From NCBI RefSeq assembly GCF_041886205.1, contig NZ_CP169029.1: a stretch of 64,000 nt of DNA; one strand, 5' to 3'. The notes under the pieces are model-generated. The model made no database searches and had not been told where the DNA came from. It saw only the letters and a list, made by a program, of their open reading frames with translations. Every line of letters begins with the position of its first letter. Position 1 is the first letter of the stretch. Shown here one piece after another: positions 61,938 through 64,000 of this stretch. This stretch comes from Escherichia coli. GTDB taxonomy: Bacteria > Pseudomonadota > Gammaproteobacteria > Enterobacterales > Enterobacteriaceae. Both the position numbers and the translations under genes were made by a program.

Positions 61938-63955
61938 TTAGACGGCAATAGCGATTAGCAGCACAACCAGTGCGGCGACCACATACAGGCAATAGAGACG
62001 AAAGTCGCCGCTTTGCAGATGCTGTATTTCTTTGGCCAGCCGTTGGGTGGCGCTCACGATGGGGCGGATCACCCGCTCATCCCAGAAGGGTTCTGTGCTC
62101 TGAGCCCTGGCGGTGACGTGCGCAAGACCTTTATTTAGCCTCAGCGTAGGGTCGAGCTGTTGTCGTAGACGAAATAGCGCAGAAAAGACCACACGCAGCG
62201 GCTGCATCACGCCATTGCCTGACGGGGCCATCGCATTTTCCCAGCCGTAGCCGCATGCCCAGGCATCTCCTGTGCGACGAAACGCTGCGCGGCGCGAACG
62301 ACACCACAGCCAGTAAAGGCCAGGCAGCAAAGGCATCGCCAGTAGTAACAGCAACAGTAATGAGGGTGTGACCCGTGTATGAAACGTGCCGGGTACAAGT
62401 GCTATTCCGCTGGCGACAGTGACGGGAGGGGTATTGGTAAACGCATGGGCAATGTGCATTATCTTCGGTGCCAGCCAACTGGCACTGAGCGCAATTAATA
62501 CGCAGAGTGCCGCGAGCAGTAGCATGGCGACGATCATTGTATTTGGCACTTCCTGTGCCTCTTCAGCGTGTGTGCTGCGCGGCGCACCACAGAAAGTAAT
62601 ACCGTAGATTTTGACGAAGCACATTACTGCCAGCCCACCAGTGACTGCCAGCATTACCATAGCAATAGGACCCGCAAGTTGTAGCGCTACGGCTTCCACA
62701 CGACTTAGTGAGAACAGCAACTGCCAGGTGTACCATTCGCTGATAAAACCATTCAGCGGAGGAATGGCTGATATCGCGAGGCAACCAATCAGGCATGCTG
62801 CGGCTGTCCACGGCATCCGTTTCGCCAGTGCCCCCATTTTTTCCATGTCGTGGGTATGCAAACGCGAAATAATCGCACCCGCGCCGAGAAATAGCAGCCC
62901 TTTGAACAGCGCATGGTTGAGCAGATGAAACAGTGCGCCGAGCAGTCCAACCACGGTGAGCAGCGGGTCGTGCAGTGACAGACCGTCCATCGCCACACCG
63001 ACCGCCAGCAAAATAATGCCGACGTTTTCGACGGTACTCCAGGCCAGCAGCCGTTTGATATCCTGTTCCGCCAGTGCATACAGCACGCCCAGGAGCGCGG
63101 AGATTGCGCCGATCGCCATCACCAGAGTGCCCCACCACAGAGGCAAACCCGTTTGCGCCAGCAGATCCATCGCTACTTTCAGGATGCCGAAAATACCGAT
63201 TTTGACCATTACGCCAGACATCAACGCCGAAGCGTGCGATGGTGCGGCAGGGTGAGCGCGCGGCAACCAGCTGTGCAACGGCATCATCCCGGCTTTCGCG
63301 CCAAAACCGAAAAAGGCCAGCAGAAACACCGCCGACGCCAGCCCCGGAGAAAGTGAAAGCGTGCGAAACTGGCAAAATCGAGGCTGCCGCTTTCGCGCCC
63401 CATCAGCAAGAAGGCGATCATAATCAGCACCGATCCGGCGTGGGCGATAAAAAAGTAGAGCATGCCAGCGTTGATCGACGTTTTATCCTGCCTGGCAATG
63501 ACCAGAAACCAGGAAGACAGCGACATCATTTCAAACAGCACGATGAACCAAAAAGCGTTGTCCATCACCAGCAGGGCAACCATCGATGCGATGAAAAGAT
63601 TCATAAAGAAGCCCATCGCCGCCGCGCCTTTGCCCTCGTATTCGCGCATATAAGTCAATGAATAGAGCGAACAAACCACCACCAGCAAGGAGATAACCAG
63701 CACCATAAATGCCGAGAGGCTATCCATTCGCAGGGTTAAATCGGCAAAGTCAAAAGGGGTGGCAAAATGGGCGACTAAAGTTACACCAGCATGTAATTGC
63801 GTAATTCCGCTGATGATGCCAATCACGCCGCCCACCAGCGATGTGATGCCGGAAAGCTTAATAGCCAGTCTGTCCAGACCGAGTAAAAACAGCGAAGCCA
63901 GACTGGCAAACAGATAGAGGATCAGCGACCAGGTTAATAATTGCAGGGCATCCAT
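61938..63955 (-). pseudogene. hyfB: hydrogenase-4 membrane subunit (NuoL-like), -1 frameshift around 63360-63370
   Basis: ORFs 63284..63955 (real through ...GSLDFASF) and 61938..63329 (resuming RTLSLSPGLAS-VFLLAFFGFGAKAGMMPLHSWLP) are in different frames; 197 + 475 = 672 codons with one shared nucleotide. Confidence 0.75.
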
Positions 63956-64000
63956 TAGTGTTGCTCCTGAGTGAGGGAAAGGGGATCCTCCCCGCCATTG
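63955..64000 (-). CDS. hyfA: 3' end of the upstream hyf gene (presumably hyfA), partial
   Basis: An open frame enters from the window edge and ends at a TAA overlapping the hyfB ATG (TAATG), with AGGAG serving as the hyfB RBS; identity inferred from operon order only. Confidence 0.35.
   Translation of the reverse strand, partial: NGGEDPLSLTQEQH

Noticed and set aside
54264-63955. Treating all hyf breaks as sequencing or assembly error and annotating the genes as intact
   Set aside because: Not fully excluded (three are in G/C runs), but one is a substitution to TAG and the lesions are confined to one operon while 45 other genes are clean; reported as pseudogenes pending read-level checks.

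Overview
The window is a chromosomal segment of an Escherichia coli-type genome, in reverse orientation relative to the K-12 map as I recall it, running yfhM(3' part)-pbpC-ndk-rlmN-rodZ-ispG-hisS-yfgM-bamB-der-yfgJ // xseA-guaBA-yfgIHG-pdeF(yfgF)-ppx-ppk-purNM-upp-uraA-hda-yfgD-bepA-perM-focB-hyfRJIHGFEDCB. All calls are by reading translated ORFs and motifs; no database search was run. Two blocks are absent from the K-12 order I remember: (i) a 4-gene DmsABC-like molybdoenzyme operon plus a polyferredoxin gene between pbpC and ndk (about 4.2-9.1 kb), and (ii) an 11.7-kb block between yfgJ and xseA (18.4-30.1 kb) encoding an intimin/invasin-type inverse autotransporter (SinH-like), a small secreted partner (SinI-like) and a 2683-aa giant protein built from about 9 tandem ~280-aa modules (RatA/RatB-like). 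Gene content and position of the second block resemble the Salmonella CS54 island. Neither block carries an integrase, transposase, tRNA or obvious direct repeats. The most striking feature is in the hydrogenase-4 (hyf) operon: four structural genes (hyfB, hyfD, hyfF, hyfI) each carry a single inactivating point lesion (three -1 frameshifts and one in-frame TAG), while every other gene in the 64 kb, including hyfR and focB, reads intact. Supporting features include a perfect FNR box upstream of pdeF, an FNR-like box upstream of the DmsA-like gene, a PurR operator in the purM/upp divergent region, the upp T-tract leader, a CUG start for hda, REP/BIME elements and several rho-independent terminators. 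No tRNA, rRNA, CRISPR or IS element was seen.
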